Positions 1 to 13,750 of a stretch of DNA of 64,000 bases are shown piece after piece (positions within the stretch are counted from its first letter, which is position 1; each line of letters begins with the position of its first letter). Made by a program: the position numbers and the translations under genes. The notes beneath the pieces were generated by a model. The model did no database searches. It saw nothing but the letters and a program-made list of their open reading frames with translations, and had not been told where the DNA came from. Source of the stretch: the human T2T-CHM13v2.0 reference genome, Homo sapiens; the NCBI RefSeq assembly GCF_009914755.1, contig NC_060932.1. The stretch is one strand, 5' to 3'.

Positions 1-127
1 ATTCAGAATGATTTTACCTAGAGATTCTTAACTCATTCCATCTGCAAAGACCCTATTTCCAAGTAATGTCATGTTCTGAAGTTCCACATAAGCATGAATT
101 TTGGGGGGATGCTATTCACCCACTACA
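1..127 (-). mobile_element. MaLR (MLT1-type) LTR fragment, truncated by window edge
   Basis: ccatctgcaaagaccctatttcc...catgaatttttggggggatgctattcacccactaca resembles the reverse complement of an MLT1 LTR start (recalled consensus). Confidence 0.65.
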
Positions 128-438
128 GAATATAAGATCAGGGATGCATCTTCTGGGCTGAAAGGAGGGGATGGATGAGTCCAGATGAAAAGACAGAATG
201 GAGAATCTGCAGGAACCCACTTGCTCAGGTGGGGCACAGAATGTGAGAAGACACGAGAGCAGAGGGCTTAGCAGAGGATGCACCTCATAGGGGCTTAGGA
301 GTTTGGGAACCAAGCTCAAGGACTTTGTGTTATAATGGAAGAAAATAAAACAACTTTTATGGATTTTAAGAAAGAGAGTAAAATGATCAGATGTCTATTT
401 TAGACCAATCACTATTGCAGCTGGGAGAGAATGAATTA

Positions 439-806
<368 letters not shown>

Positions 807-1499
807 TGCACATTTGGATGCTCTGACCTCTACATGACAGCCCTGCTGAGTCTTCCTGAGATTCATGTTAGGGAGCTGTCCGTGTACAGGAGAAAGAAGG
901 GGGCTTTATCCAGCACCCAGATCTGTTTAGACCTGAGTCCTCCCCCATCCTTTGCAATGTTTTCTTAACTGTGGAGTAAATAGAATGAGAAACACATGGT
1001 GCTTGGTTTTTTCACTTAGAAAAACAACAACAGACTTGAGGGTTTACAAGAGAAATGTCTGAACTTGTGCTTTGATGCTCTGGGCCAAACCCTAAGGGAT
1101 CAAAAAACAAAGATTCTCAAGAAATACAAAAAGATTCTTGCCCAATCTTTTGTGGCCTTGCCCACTGTATCCTAAGCCCCATTCCCTCTCCCCTCCCATC
1201 CAGGCAGGCCATGTGGGCAGGGAATGGGTGCAGGTTCTGAAAAGTGCACATCTATAGCTCCTTAGTGAGATGTGGGTGGCGACCTGGCTACTACGTTTCT
1301 GGAAAAAGGCCCAGAGAGACACCACAGTTGTATGGGGAACGGGGGGAATGAACAAAAAGCAGAGATAGAGTTTGAGAAACTTCAGATACATTGACAGGAT
1401 ATTGACACCTTAGCCCTATAGGAAGGGCTCCTGGGTAACTAAATTGTCATGTGCTTTGGACTCAGACAGAACTGGGTTTAAATCCTGAGCCTTCCCTGC

Positions 1500-1810
1500 C
1501 AAAGTGGTGGGAAGCTGGAAGCAAGTTAAGTGTCCAACAATAGAGGACCGTTCTCACAAATCATAGCAGGTCCATACATGGGACACCATGCAGCCATTTC
1601 AAACCAAGCACCCACAGGGTATTCAAGGCACAGAAATGCTTAGTTTATAATGTTAAGTAAAAAGCAAATAAATACAAGTACCATGACTCCACTTTCTAAA
1701 TATACATCTAATATATACATATATACAGAAAACATACTGAAAGTCCCTTAGAATGTAACAGCACTTACCTCTGAGAATAAGTCTATGGGCACCTTTTGAT
1801 TTCTTTCTTT
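1500..1810 (+). mobile_element. Old L1M 3' UTR fragment
   Basis: ctggaagcaagttaagtgtccaacaatagagg...catgcagccatttcaaa and aatgttaagtaaaaagc motifs typical of L1ME-type 3' ends. Confidence 0.55.
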
Positions 1811-1811
1811 A

Positions 1812-2118
<307 letters not shown>

Positions 2119-3549
2119 GTTTCTTTGATAAAAAAATATTATTTATATATATATAAATATATACATTTGCATATGCTTACAGATGTACCTAAACACACAC
2201 ACACACAAATATAAATCAGTATTAAAAATAGCCAGCATGCCTCCATGTGCCAGATGTTTGGCCAGACTCTATAAATGTTTTATTCTCATTTCCACAAAAG
2301 CCCCTTTTGGCTAATTATTAGCAATTTTCACTTATAGATAAAGAAACTTGAAGGTTAAGGAGCTTGTTTAAAGGCACCCAGCAACTGAGCAGTTGAGTCA
2401 GTTCAGTTCTGCCTAAGCCTCACTTCTCTTCAAGCCCGAGGTGCTCAGCCCTGAGCCTGAGTCCCCACTCCCCACACCACACACCTCATACCCAGGAACC
2501 TGCCACATCTGCTGAGTGAGCCCGTGGGTGGAGTGAGTTGTTTTGGAAACTAGTCTCAGTTGTTGTTCCTGTGGAAGATCACATTGAGCTCGGCTTGTTG
2601 ACAAATGCCAGATTCTCACTGACCTGGCAGCTTTGTCGGGGGCAGAATTTGTTGAAACTCATAGAAAAGAAGGAAGGAGAAGAAAGCAGACAATTTATCC
2701 AACCCAGATCTTGAAAAGGAAAGACAGTCAGCATTGTGCCCTGGAGAGGCGTGCAGACTGGGGACAATGCAGACCTGGCAACCCCCTGGAAAGGCTGCCC
2801 ACGCAGAGTCAACGATGCCCCAGGAATCTGCAAAGGCAAATGGATCAGGTGCCTTTGGTGCCTTCCAGCCAAAGGCCACAGCCAGATAAGAGGCTGTCCC
2901 TGATTCCCCTCAACTCAGGGAAGCCACCTGAGGTTTGCAGCGAAGTCAGGGAGAGCCAGAGACAGAAGGTCTTCTAGAGAGTCTGTCCAACCCCTCAGTT
3001 TACAGAATAGGAAACAGGTCTAGAGGGTAAGGGACCAGCCCAGGGACCCACAGGGAGGCAGTACACAAGTGTGCTGCAGAACCCAAACACCGCATCAGCT
3101 GGATCCAAAAGGAAGGCACATGGACTCTATACCAGGCACCATGGAACCAGGGAACCAGCAGTGGGTGAGGTGCACAGGTCATTGCTCACCCAGAGGCTGC
3201 ACACCCAGGTGATGAGCACTGTGTGCCCATTTAACAGAAAGAGAAACCGAGTGCTGACAGATTATGCAGTTTGCTCCAGGAGCACGTAAGCAGGAATACT
3301 GAGGTCTTCCCTACTGTCTTTGTACACACAAAAACTCATAAGTAGAAATATTCATAAATTCAGTCAGGAGTCAGTCTCTAAGCCTGGGTCCTCAAACTAG
3401 CAGCCAAGTGACCGTCTCATTCTCTGAGACCCCCAGAGCATAGATCGTAGGGCAGGCCCTGCCATCCCCTGGTTTACAAACCTCAGAATTTGATCTTTTT
3501 CAGTTTCCCAGATATGTGTTCCTTCATTTACTCATCTATGTAATCACTA

Positions 3550-3640
3550 TTCATCTATCCTTATATCCACCCACCCATCCATCCACCCATCCACCCATCC
3601 ATCCACCATCCATCCATCATCCATTCATTCATTTATCCAT
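3550..3640. repeat. (CCAT)n imperfect tetranucleotide repeat
   Basis: ccacccatccatccacccatccacccatccatccaccatccatcc. Confidence 0.9.
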
Positions 3641-4240
3641 ATATTTATTTTCCCAATTTATTCTTTTTTTTATACTTATTTTTGCTATTTATGCTCTCTG
3701 TTCCTTTTCTCCTTTCCTCTCTGCCCACTCTCTTCCTCTTTCCATTCCCCTCTTCCTTCCTGTAAACACTTAACTGAACACAGGTCAGACATACAGCACA
3801 GGGGATACACAGGTGAATGAACCCTTGTTTCTGTCCTCAGATCGGTCATGATCTGTTGAGAGAATTGACAGTACATCCAAATAATTATAATACATGTGAG
3901 ACACATGTATATTTTATGTATGAAATCTGTAACTGTCATTTGAACTGTACAGAGAAAACCAAAATGCTACAAGAATCAAAAGGAGAGAAACCTCTGGCTA
4001 GAGGCTTGGGGAAACCTATATGGAGGAGACACACTGGACATGAGAAGACCTAAAAGCATTCAAAGCAGCAGGAAAGTTGTATGAAGGGAGGAGCCAATTG
4101 TTATCCCAAAGACACAATCCTGAATGCCATCATCTTGAATACTGAAATCCCAAAATATCAAAACCCCAAAAATATAATTCTGAAAAAAAATAATAAAAAA
4201 AATTATTTTAAAGACACTTACTTACATTTTTAGGAGATTT

Positions 4241-4380
4241 TGTCCGGGTGTGGTAGCTCATGCCTATAATCCCAGCACTTTGGAGAGCTGAAGTGGGAGG
4301 ATCACTTGAGGCCAGAAGCTCAGAACCAACCTGGGCAACAGAGAGAGACCCTATCTCTACAAAAATACAAATAAATAAAA
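4241..4380 (+). mobile_element. FLAM / AluJ left monomer nested in the Ricksha-like element
   Basis: Single Alu arm (ggtagctcatgcctataatcccagcactttgg...gaccctatctctacaaaaa); TSD aggagattt at 4232-4240 and 4380-4388. Confidence 0.9.
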
Positions 4381-4839
4381 GGAGATTTATTTGAGAAACA
4401 TAAAAACATGACAGAACACTTCATAGGCCACTTTACACAACAAAATAAGGCAAAACATACATATCTTTGCAAGCATAAACAGGTGTATTAATGACAGTCT
4501 CACAGTATAATGTTTTTGAGCAGATGAGCCATATTTGTAAAGAAATCAGTAAAAATCAAAATGTAAAAATGCCTATCATTATGGTTGGTAATTGTATGCA
4601 ACCAGCTTTACAACTGTGGTCAACTGAAATATCAGAATGAACAACCTGAGTCTTTTGATGAGATAAATCAAAAACCACAGTGGGTCACTGCTGTATAGGT
4701 GTTTGCCCAGAGCTGAGATCTGGAGAAATTTTATCTTTCATAAATTTGCATGTTCAAAAAGAAAATCTCTTCATTTATTGAGGAAGCTTCAAGGTTTATA
4801 TGTTCAGAACGGGGGAGGTCGACGGTGTGACTTGCATTC

Positions 4840-5250
4840 TGAGTCTAAAATCCTTAGGACCAGTGGGGCCTCTGATGTAAGTCATGGAGTCCAAAGGCCA
4901 GTGAGCCTGGAGTTCTGATGTTCAAGACAGCAGAAGAAAAATTCATTCCAGCTCTGAAAGAGATCAATTACCCTCTATATTTCTTCCCTCCAGGCTCCCA
5001 CTAACACTGAGGGCAGATCTTTCTCACCTAGTCCACTCAGGCTCGCAATCAATCTCTGGAAATATCCTCACAGACACACCCCCAAATAAGACTTTACCAG
5101 GTTTCTAGGTATTCCTTAATCCAGTCAGGTTGGCACCTAAAATTAAGTCCACTGCTTGTCAACTTGTCATCCATACACATCTCCTTATACTACACTTAAT
5201 TTCCAAACAAAGACAATAACAAAGCCAAACAAAGACAATAACAAGGCAAT
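4840..5250 (-). mobile_element. MaLR (MLT1E-like) LTR plus adjacent internal sequence inside the Ricksha-like element
   Basis: ctggaaatatcctcacagacacaccc...ccagtcaggttggcacctaaaatt followed by gtcaacttgtcatccatacacatctcc, matching a recalled MLT1 LTR/internal junction. Confidence 0.6.
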
Positions 5251-8190
5251 AGTTCCACGTAACACCATGCAGTTATCCTGTGATTGTGATTTTTGGTCTT
5301 TTAGATATTAGGAGTTTTAGACATTAGGGATTTAAACGTTAGAGATTTTGATCTTTAGGGATTTTGATCCTTTGGGATTTCAACCTTCAGGATCATGTCG
5401 TTTGGAATTATGATAGAAACCCAATAAAGAGAAGTCATCTATCCCCAACTCTGCCTTGGGTTTCAATACGGAATCTCTGCTCCCATCATTCCTCCAGGCA
5501 CTGTGCATTCCATGAGGACATGGGCCATTGCTGACTTGTTCCCCAACTGTATCCAGCACCAAGCACACTGTTGGACAGTTAACTGAGCTATTCATCTTTC
5601 CTCTCACTCTCCACTCACACCTACTTTTCTCACAGATGCAGCGTTGAGCCCACATGGGCAGAATGTTCAGATTATTAAGTCAATCAACTCAGCAGCTGTT
5701 AGAGGTGAGCTTTCATCAGCTGTCACCTCTCCAGGCTGTTATCCTGGGAAATATGGAAGTACGGAGGCCAGTAGGCTGTCTCCCCACTTCTGTTCCTTCT
5801 TTCCAACACGACTAGTCCACACATCCATTCATCCAATCCTGCATTGATGACTTCATTCATCCATCGCTCATTTTATCCCTGCACAGAAGCCCTTGGAGAT
5901 CCACCACCCAGAGGATGAAGTCCACCTCTGTCCTGACACTGTCTCCTTTCAAAGTGGAGCCTCTATTTCACTAATTCTCTCATGTGCCCTGAGCCCCAGC
6001 CACCCTTGCTGCACCCCACTTCCAAACCCCACCCAGGAACAGCCTCCTACCTGGACTCCCAGATGCCAACCCTCTCCGCACCATGCCCCTTCCCTAAGGT
6101 AGCCCTAGGGAATATTCTAGAAGATCTGACATTAGCCTCCTGTTGACACCTTTCAGTGACTCCCATAACCCCCAGAGGGATGCCACAATTTTTCATAGGG
6201 GTTTTGGGATCTGATCCCTTTGTGGCTCTCTTATCTTCCCTCTTCCCAGAGTGTCCTGCCCAGCCAGGCTGAACTCCTTTGGCCCCACAATCAAGTGGCA
6301 ATTTTTCTCGCCCTGGACCACCTACTCTTCCTTCTGCCTGGAAAGCCACAATTGCTTTCTCCACCTAACTTAATTCTATGCTTCAAGTCTCAGCTTCCTT
6401 CATCTGCAAACTCTCACCCACCTCTGGCTTCATACCCCATGGCTACCCCTGGCTGAGTGAAGGGTCTTCCCTGTATTCTCATAATTCTTGGGCTTGCCTC
6501 AACTGCAAACCTATGGCATAGGATTGAACTTGACTATTTGCTTATGTATTAATGTCCTTGGGGGCCAAGACTGTAATTATTTGAGCACTGTAATCCCAGC
6601 TCCTTCCAGTGTCTGGCACATAGGAGGTGTTCAGTGAACTGTGTATGACAAATGGGAGATTCACCATCAGCATTATAGAAAGCTAGACCAGAATAGAGTT
6701 GAGGAGTGGACTCTGAGCCATTTTCCAGCCATGGAACTTGGGGCAGGTGATTTGATTTCTCTGCATCTCTGTTCTCTCACATACCAAATGGAGCTGAAAG
6801 AAGGAAAGCTGTGTTTTGTTTCATGGTGAAGATTAGTGAATGACTACGTGTGAGGTGCTTTAAATAACACCTGGTACATACAAACAGCTTGGTAAATGCT
6901 ACATTGTATTGTGAATGTGCACATTTTTTCCTCCACCTAAAATTTGAGTCCCCTCATATCCCCTTACCCAGATACCGGACTCCTATTCATCCTTTATATG
7001 CCTTTTATGGCCCTTCTATGACCTTTCTAGGTTTTCTCTCCTTGGTCCACCCCAGTCTGCCCTATGGAGAAGTTGTGTGTGGACCTGCTGTGATCCCCCA
7101 TGGCCCTGCAGTGGCTGGGACCTGAGTTTGTCGCTTTGTTCATGTTTGCATCCCTTCTGTACCAGCATGGACTGTTGGGTCTGCTGACACTTGTTGAGTT
7201 AAATTGACTCACCTTATGCTAACAGTAGTGAAAGAGTAGACACTAGAGAGGCAAGTGTCTGGGCTGGTGCTGAGGGACAAGAGGCCATCAGATCGCTTCA
7301 TCGCAGTGACATCAGCATCTTATCTGTGACATGGAAGCTAAACACAGAGCTGGGAAGAATTCTGAAGGCATCCAGCACTCAATGACCCTAACCCCAGAGA
7401 ACATTGCTGCACAGATGAACTGGGGAGATATCACAGCCATGTCCAAAAATCCCAGATGGTCTTGGCAGGAAAAGACTCCAAGCCACAGATGCTGTCTGAC
7501 TCTTAGGCCTTCTTAGTGTTCGAAACTCAAGAGCCCTTGGCCAAATTCAGAGTTTATGTCTGATTCCAGCGGCTGACCCCTAATATTGAGGCAATCTGAG
7601 CATCATTGCTCAGGGAAGAGAGTGCCTTGTCACAATCCTGCCACAGACCTGTCATTTGTCAACCCAGAACATGTTCCCCATGCTCCGTGGAGGAAACAGA
7701 AACCCAGTGGCGACCAGGCTTCCCCAGACCTCAGGCCACACTCTTCTGGGTTGAGTCAAGCCTGGTCTAACCTCCACCCTGCCTTGCCCCACATCCACTT
7801 GCCAGTCCTTGGAGAATTTGCACTTGTGGTTGACTTAAGGGAATTTGGCGAGAGCGCATGCAGAGAGCCAGAGTGCCAGTCCAGAGGCTCAAGCACGTTC
7901 AAATCCAACAGGTGTGTGAGGATGGCGGGGGTCCAGGGGTCAGATCTCCACTTTGTGTGTACAGCACACCAGCTTTACAATCTCCCCGAAGGGGCCAAGT
8001 GACTACAGATTCTGAATCACGATTTGTAGCTCTGATTGTCTAGCAGGTGCCCTGCACATTGTGCATACTAGCACCATGCCCAGAAAAAAATCCTGATGGT
8101 GCCAATCAACATTTGTTTGTGGGTGGATAAAGGGCTGAGCTAACCCAAATGTCTGGTTTCAAATTCTAGCTCTGTTGCTTTTCAGCCATC

Positions 8191-8574
8191 TGTTATGGGC
8201 TGAATTGTGTCCATCCCAAAGTTTTTATGTTGAAGTCCTAACCCCCAGTTCATCAGAATGTGTATTTGCAGGTAGGGTCTTTCCAGATGCAATTGCATAA
8301 AGCAAGGTCATGTGGGTGGGCCCTAACCCAATATAATTGGTGTCATTATAAGAAGAGATTAGAACACAGACACGTGCAAAAGGGAGACCATGTGAAGACA
8401 CAGAGCGGAGACAGCCATCTCCAAGGCAAGGAGAGAGGCCTCAGGAGAAACCAATCCTGCCAACACCTTGATTTTAGACTTCAAGCTTCCAGAACTGTGA
8501 GAAAATAAATTTCTGTTGTTCAAGCCAACAAAGTCTGTGCTACTTCATTTCAGCAGCCCTAGCAAACTAACACA
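8191..8574 (+). mobile_element. MLT1A/B-type MaLR solo LTR inserted in a MIR
   Basis: TG...CA termini (tgttatgggctgaattgtgtcc ... gccctagcaaactaacaca); MIR core sequence resumes on both sides. Confidence 0.88.
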
Positions 8575-8769
8575 GCATGGAATCTCTCTGAGCCTCAGTT
8601 TATTTCCCTGATCTCCTGTTTTCACAGCTGTAAAATGGGCATCATAATACCTGATATTGTAAGATTATTTTGAAAATAGAATGAATCATAAACTTAAAAG
8701 TGCCTGGAACATGGGAGATTTCCCCCAAATTTCAGTTCCTCTCCCTTTCTTTTCTGTGACCAATTTTTA

Positions 8770-9700
8770 ATTTGTTCTTCTCCATTGCTGAATAGTATTC
8801 CATGGCATGGCTATGCTAAAGTTTCTTTAAACAATTACCCATTGAAAGGCATCATGGTTTCTTCCAGTTTTGGGTTATTACAATTAAAGCTGCTATGAAT
8901 GATCCTGTAAAGGTTTCTGGGCAGACGTAAGTTTTCCTTCCTTCCTCCTCTTTCTCCCTTGTCTTCTTTCCCCCATCTCCTCCTCCCTCTCCTCTTCTTT
9001 TCATTTTCTTTCTCCTCTCCTTCTTCATCCTCCCTCTCCTCTTCTTTCTCCTCTTTTATCCTCCTCCTTTTCCTCTTATTTCTCTTCTACATCTCTTTCC
9101 CCTCCTCTCCTGCTCCTTCTCCTTTTCCAACCTCTCTGAAATTTGTTGCACTGTCCTGGATGCAGAGGAGTGAGGCTAACTGAATTTTCCAGTCTACAGC
9201 TCGTTATCATCCATGCAGCACTTGTTCGCCTTTTGGCTCCTGTGTTGCCCTTCCACCCCAGTCCCTCTCCAATCCTCTCCTTCACAGCCATAGGAAGCAT
9301 CTCTAACATGTGTGTCTCTGAACATGTACATGTACATTGCAGGATGAGGTGCATCTGATTCTAATTCACATCACTGGTGCTGACTGGAGGTCTCCTCCCC
9401 GTTTTACTTCTTTCATTCAGCTCTGGGTATCAACTGTTTCCCTGTTGTTCTATGCACATCCATCTCTTGTTTTGAATGGCTGCTTTTACTTTCCTTTCCT
9501 TCAAATCAGATGCCTAGGCTGCCTCCTGCTCCTTGTCACTGCAAGCAATACCTGGATAAGTATCTTCCTGCATGTCCTTTTATGGTCCTTGGGAAAATGT
9601 CTCAGGGGCGTACACACAGAAGGCCATAGGGCACATGATTGCTTCATTTTATTAAGCAATGCTAGATTGTTCTGCAGAAGAGCTGCCCAACCTACATTGG
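8770..9700 (-). mobile_element. Old L1M fragments interrupted by a CT-rich tract
   Basis: gctgaatagtattccatgg...ttccagttttgggttattacaattaaagctgctatgaat is a typical antisense L1M 3' region. Confidence 0.6.
8932..9130. repeat. Polypyrimidine (CT-rich) low-complexity tract
   Basis: ~200 bp almost entirely C/T. Confidence 0.92.
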
Positions 9701-9919
9701 GAGGAGGGGTGTGGCCATGCAGGCTTCCCATTTTTAGTGGGTCATCTCCAGGAAGCAGGGGGAGTGAGAGGGTGTGGTTTTAAGAAAGCAATGACTCCCA
9801 GCCCTTGGTCCCAAGCATCCAGCACTTGACAAACAAGACCACCCATGGCAGATACCACATTTCCCATCCAGAGCTTGGGAGAACTGGATCTATAATAGAA
9901 TATCATGTGCCTAGAATGT

Positions 9920-10110
9920 TTTTCTCCCTAGAGCAAGGACATGAACCAGTAGGAGATATATAGATATACATATACATTTAGAGATAGAGGTAGAGATATG
10001 GACAGATTTATATATAATTGACTTCTGTTACTATGAGGGCTTGCAGGTCCAAAATCCATAGGGCAGGCCTGCAGACTGGAGACCTTCAGGAAGGAGTGGA
10101 TACTGAAGTA
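9920..10110 (-). mobile_element. MLT2 (ERV-L LTR) fragment
   Basis: ttctccctagag...aaccagtaggagatatatagat...gcaggtccaaaatccatagggcaggcctgcagactggagacc resembles antisense MLT2. Confidence 0.65.
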
Positions 10111-10839
10111 CACATTTTTCCACCTAAATGTGGAATAGGGAAAAACTGTCTACTTGGACTTGTCCCTACAGACAGGACAATAGGCACTCAATGCTGGGCC
10201 CTTTCTTAGCCCTCCACCATATACCCATCTAGGATATTCTGGCCCTCATTAATCAAATTTCAAGCTTCTTCCCAATCTCTTTTTTCTTCCTTCCCTTACC
10301 CTCCCTTCTCTCCTCCATCCATCTCCCCATCCCCGTGCTATTCAGTCACAGCACAATGATGGAGACTACAGACACTGTAGAGTGAACCCAGCATGGCCTC
10401 CCAGGCTTCTAATCCTAGCTTGTTGTCTATTAGCTGGATGACCTTGGGCAAGTTACTTAACCCCTCTGTGCTTCACATCTCTTTCTTGCCAAACAAGGAT
10501 AATAGCAATAGAATCTACATTATCAGGTTTTTCTAAAATTACATGGCTTATCACATAAAAGGAACATAGAACAGGGTTGGCTCGTGGTAAGTTCTAAGTA
10601 AATAGGAGTTAATATTAGTATTTATGACAAGAACAAGGATTACAGCCTTTACTTCTATAGGTAAAAAGGGATGAAGAACAAGGAAACAAATACAATTCAT
10701 TGTGGGAAGGTAAGACAGCAGGAGAACTTAGGTGGGTGAACAATACATAGTGGACATGGAAAAATGCCATGAACTAATACAATAACAGTTAAGTGAAAGG
10801 ATTGAGACAGAGCGTTTAACTCTGTCTCTGGGGTCTCCA

Positions 10840-12170
10840 AAGGTGAGTTGGATTGCATGTGCCAATTTGGCTGAGGTTGAGAATGTTAACAACTAGAACC
10901 CCCTTCTCTGTATAATTCCAAATAGATGTATCCAAAAGTAAAACTTGAATGAGATTAGAAGGACAGAAGTAAGGATGAAGTGATAACTCTAGAAGATCAA
11001 CATGACTATTTTAACTTCTACCTGGGTCAAGAACTGATAACATGCAAAACTTTAAAGGTCCTGGCACCTGCTCTCCTACAATATTTTAGTAGTAACAAAG
11101 AATCTAAGTACTTTAGGGTCGGTTGGTTGCTCTCCAGTACACTGGAGAACTTAAGGAAAGAAACTGATCTTCAGACTTTAAGTTCCCAGCTCAAAATCTG
11201 AATACTGAACCACAAAGCTTCTACTGTGGTCCTGAAAGAAATCCTTGTCTTTTGTAGCCAAAGGATTGACATTTATAAAAGCCAAACACAACACCACGTC
11301 CTGAGATGGCTGAATTATAATGCAAGTTGAATTCACAAATTTGCAAGGAAGGAGGAATTGGGAGAGTGGAACCCTCAATATTGAGTTGGGAACATATGAG
11401 CAGATTCCAAATGAATTTGAGGACCTGGAACTCCCAAATTCTGTAAGCTTTCTTTCCAGTTGAAACCACCCTTCTTCCCTATCTGAGAGGTTGAGTTCTC
11501 CATGTCCATAGAACATATTATGAAACATCCTGAGATAGCTGCCTTGCAAGGGAGCTAATCCTACTAAAAATGCACCCCATAGCCTCTGATTTCATCTAGA
11601 CATCACCAGATGCAATCTTCAGCAGCACCAGGGGATACAATATACCACCTACAAAATTTTGCTAATTTGCATCAACAGACACTCGGAGCACATGAATTTA
11701 AATAAATCCTAAGAATGTTGGATCAGGGTAAAAGGAACACGATGTTGGCACAGGCCATATCCATTGACATGGGCTCACTAGCTAGAGATCCCGGATTTAA
11801 TGCATCAATCAACTCAAGCAACTGGGAATAGTTCTAACAGTTTGTTTGGTAGTTTCACTGAAACCTGAACCCCAAAGTGGCCACTTTGGAGTAAGATTGA
11901 GATACAGAACTTCTTTCGTGTTCCATAACGGACTTAGGGAGGTCAGATTGCTAGCATGAGTTTTCATACCATCTGCTCACCCACAGCTGAGTTATACCCC
12001 CCAGGAAGGTCCAGAGGACACTCCTTTTCCCAAGCCTATGGGATACAATGGTGGAGAGAGCACCAGCAACCATGAAGGCCTCTGCTGGGGTCATCCTCTG
12101 CAAGCTGGTGGTTATAGTGGGATGTGTTCCCATTAAATGGGCTCCCTGAATTCGCTGAAGATGATGAAGT
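10840..12170 (+). pseudogene. Degenerate ERV-L provirus fragment: LTR41-like segment followed by decayed gag
   Basis: Manual translation from 11706 ILRMLDQGKRNTMLAQAISIDMGSLARDPGFNA, later SNSLFGSFTET*TPKWP, PQEGPEDTPFPK and ERAPATMKASAGVILC, colinear with recalled ERV-L gag motifs; stops and frameshifts present. Confidence 0.8.
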
Positions 12171-13310
12171 CCCAGGCTGAAATCTGCAAGAGATCAGGAG
12201 GGTGTGGGTACCGAAATGGGCAGCAAAAATAAAATAAAAATTCAGTAGACTGATTAATGGCTGTTCTCTGACTCCACCCCTATTCTCTCCTCCTAGATCT
12301 TCACTGCCCCTGTTTCCCATTTGTGTAAGCCTGAATGCCTAAAATTCCCATATGGAATAAGTTTCATAAATAAATGGCCATGTGGAATAAATGGAATCCA
12401 GTGTCCCTTTATGGTGACTCTTCCTGTCTCGTAGAATCCTGAGTGATACAGAAGCTTCCCGGAGGACAAAAGTCTGAGCAGAATCTTGAAGGATGAGCAA
12501 GAGTTGGCAGCAAGGCATGTGGTGAAGGGCATTGTAGGAAGAGTCAGGTCATAGGCAGAGACCGGTCCTGCGGGAACTCTGGGTTGGCCAGGCTTATCTG
12601 AGCTGAGAGGAAGGAGAAGTGGGTGTGGTGGGAGAGGAGGCAGGAGGCAGTCCAAGATGGTCTGGGGTACAAGAGTAAGGAAATTGTTTTCTCACATCTA
12701 GAAAACCCCACTTTCTGCTGGAGTCCTCCCTAATCTCCCTTTTCTCTGAACCATTCCTGCCTATACAGTAGACATAAGTCATTCAAATAGAGAGCTATGT
12801 GGCTGGGAAGGTGCAGAGAGCGGTGGCCTCTTCAGCACATGGATGGGGTTCTGAGGCCCAGAGGGGCCACTGATTTGCCCAATTTCAGGAACCATTTGCC
12901 ACTGTTTGCCCCTCAGGAACTGTTGGGCACTTGGGCTGACTCTTATAATCCTGATTTCCCCGAGGGCCAGCCAGGCTCCATCCCTATATCTGGTGAAGCT
13001 CTGAGTTCCACCATGGCCACTGCCCTGAACCTATGCCTCTAGCCTCAGCAGGTTCCTCAGCCATGAGAGAAGCCACTCAGCTCTTCTCAGGGTGGCCACT
13101 CTCCTGGGGTGACACCATCCCTGCTGGGTGTAGGTCACAATGCCTATATGGTGGTAGTGTAGGTGATAAATGATCAAATTGTGCATTTTAAGGTGGGGAT
13201 GACAGGATTTAATAACAGATAAACAAGAAAGGGCAGATGGAGGAGACTGATATGTACTGAGCATCTATTATGCCCCTGACATTGTCCTCAGAGTTTTCAT
13301 GCATGTTGCC

Positions 13311-13750
13311 ATAATAGGATGAATGGTGGCCCCAGAAAGATATGTCTACATCCTAACCTCCAGAGCCTGGGCACATGACTTTATTTGGGAAAGAATTCTT
13401 TGCAGATGGGATTAAGTTAAAAATCTTGGTGTGAGATCATCCTGGATTATCTGGGTGGACTGTAAATCCAATGGCAAGCGTCCTTATAAGAGACACACAT
13501 TGAGGACAGAGAAAAGGCGGGACCAAGGCAGGGATTAGAGTGATGCAACCACAAGCCAAGAACCCCTGGAACTACAAGGAGCTGGAAGAGGCAAGGCAAG
13601 CGTCTCCTCTAGAGCTCTCAGAGAGCATGCTGCCCAGACAACACCCGATTTCTGATTTCTACCCTCCAGATCTGTGAGAAAGCAAGCTTCTGTTGTTTTA
13701 AGCCACTGAGTTTATGGAAATCATTATGGTAGCACCAGGAAACTCATCCA
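13311..13750 (+). mobile_element. MLT1C/D-type MaLR solo LTR inserted in a MIR
   Basis: aatggtggccccagaaagatatgtc...gtagcaccaggaaactcatcca; flanking direct repeat gttgcc at 13305-13310 and 13751-13756. Confidence 0.85.

Larger units (their letters stand above)
4090..5423. mobile_element. Ricksha-like non-autonomous MULE/MuDR DNA transposon
   Basis: Long imperfect terminal inverted repeats (left atcccaaagacacaatcctgaat...gaaatcccaaaatatcaaaacccc; right gggattttgatcctttgggatttcaaccttcaggatcatgtcgtttggaattatgat); flanks atgaaggga (4081-4089) / ataaagaga (5424-5432) match 7/9, consistent with a decayed 9-bp TSD. Confidence 0.75.

Noticed and set aside
9920-12170. MLT2 fragment and ERV-L gag as one provirus
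   Set aside because: They appear to be in opposite orientations and are separated by unrelated MIR-like sequence
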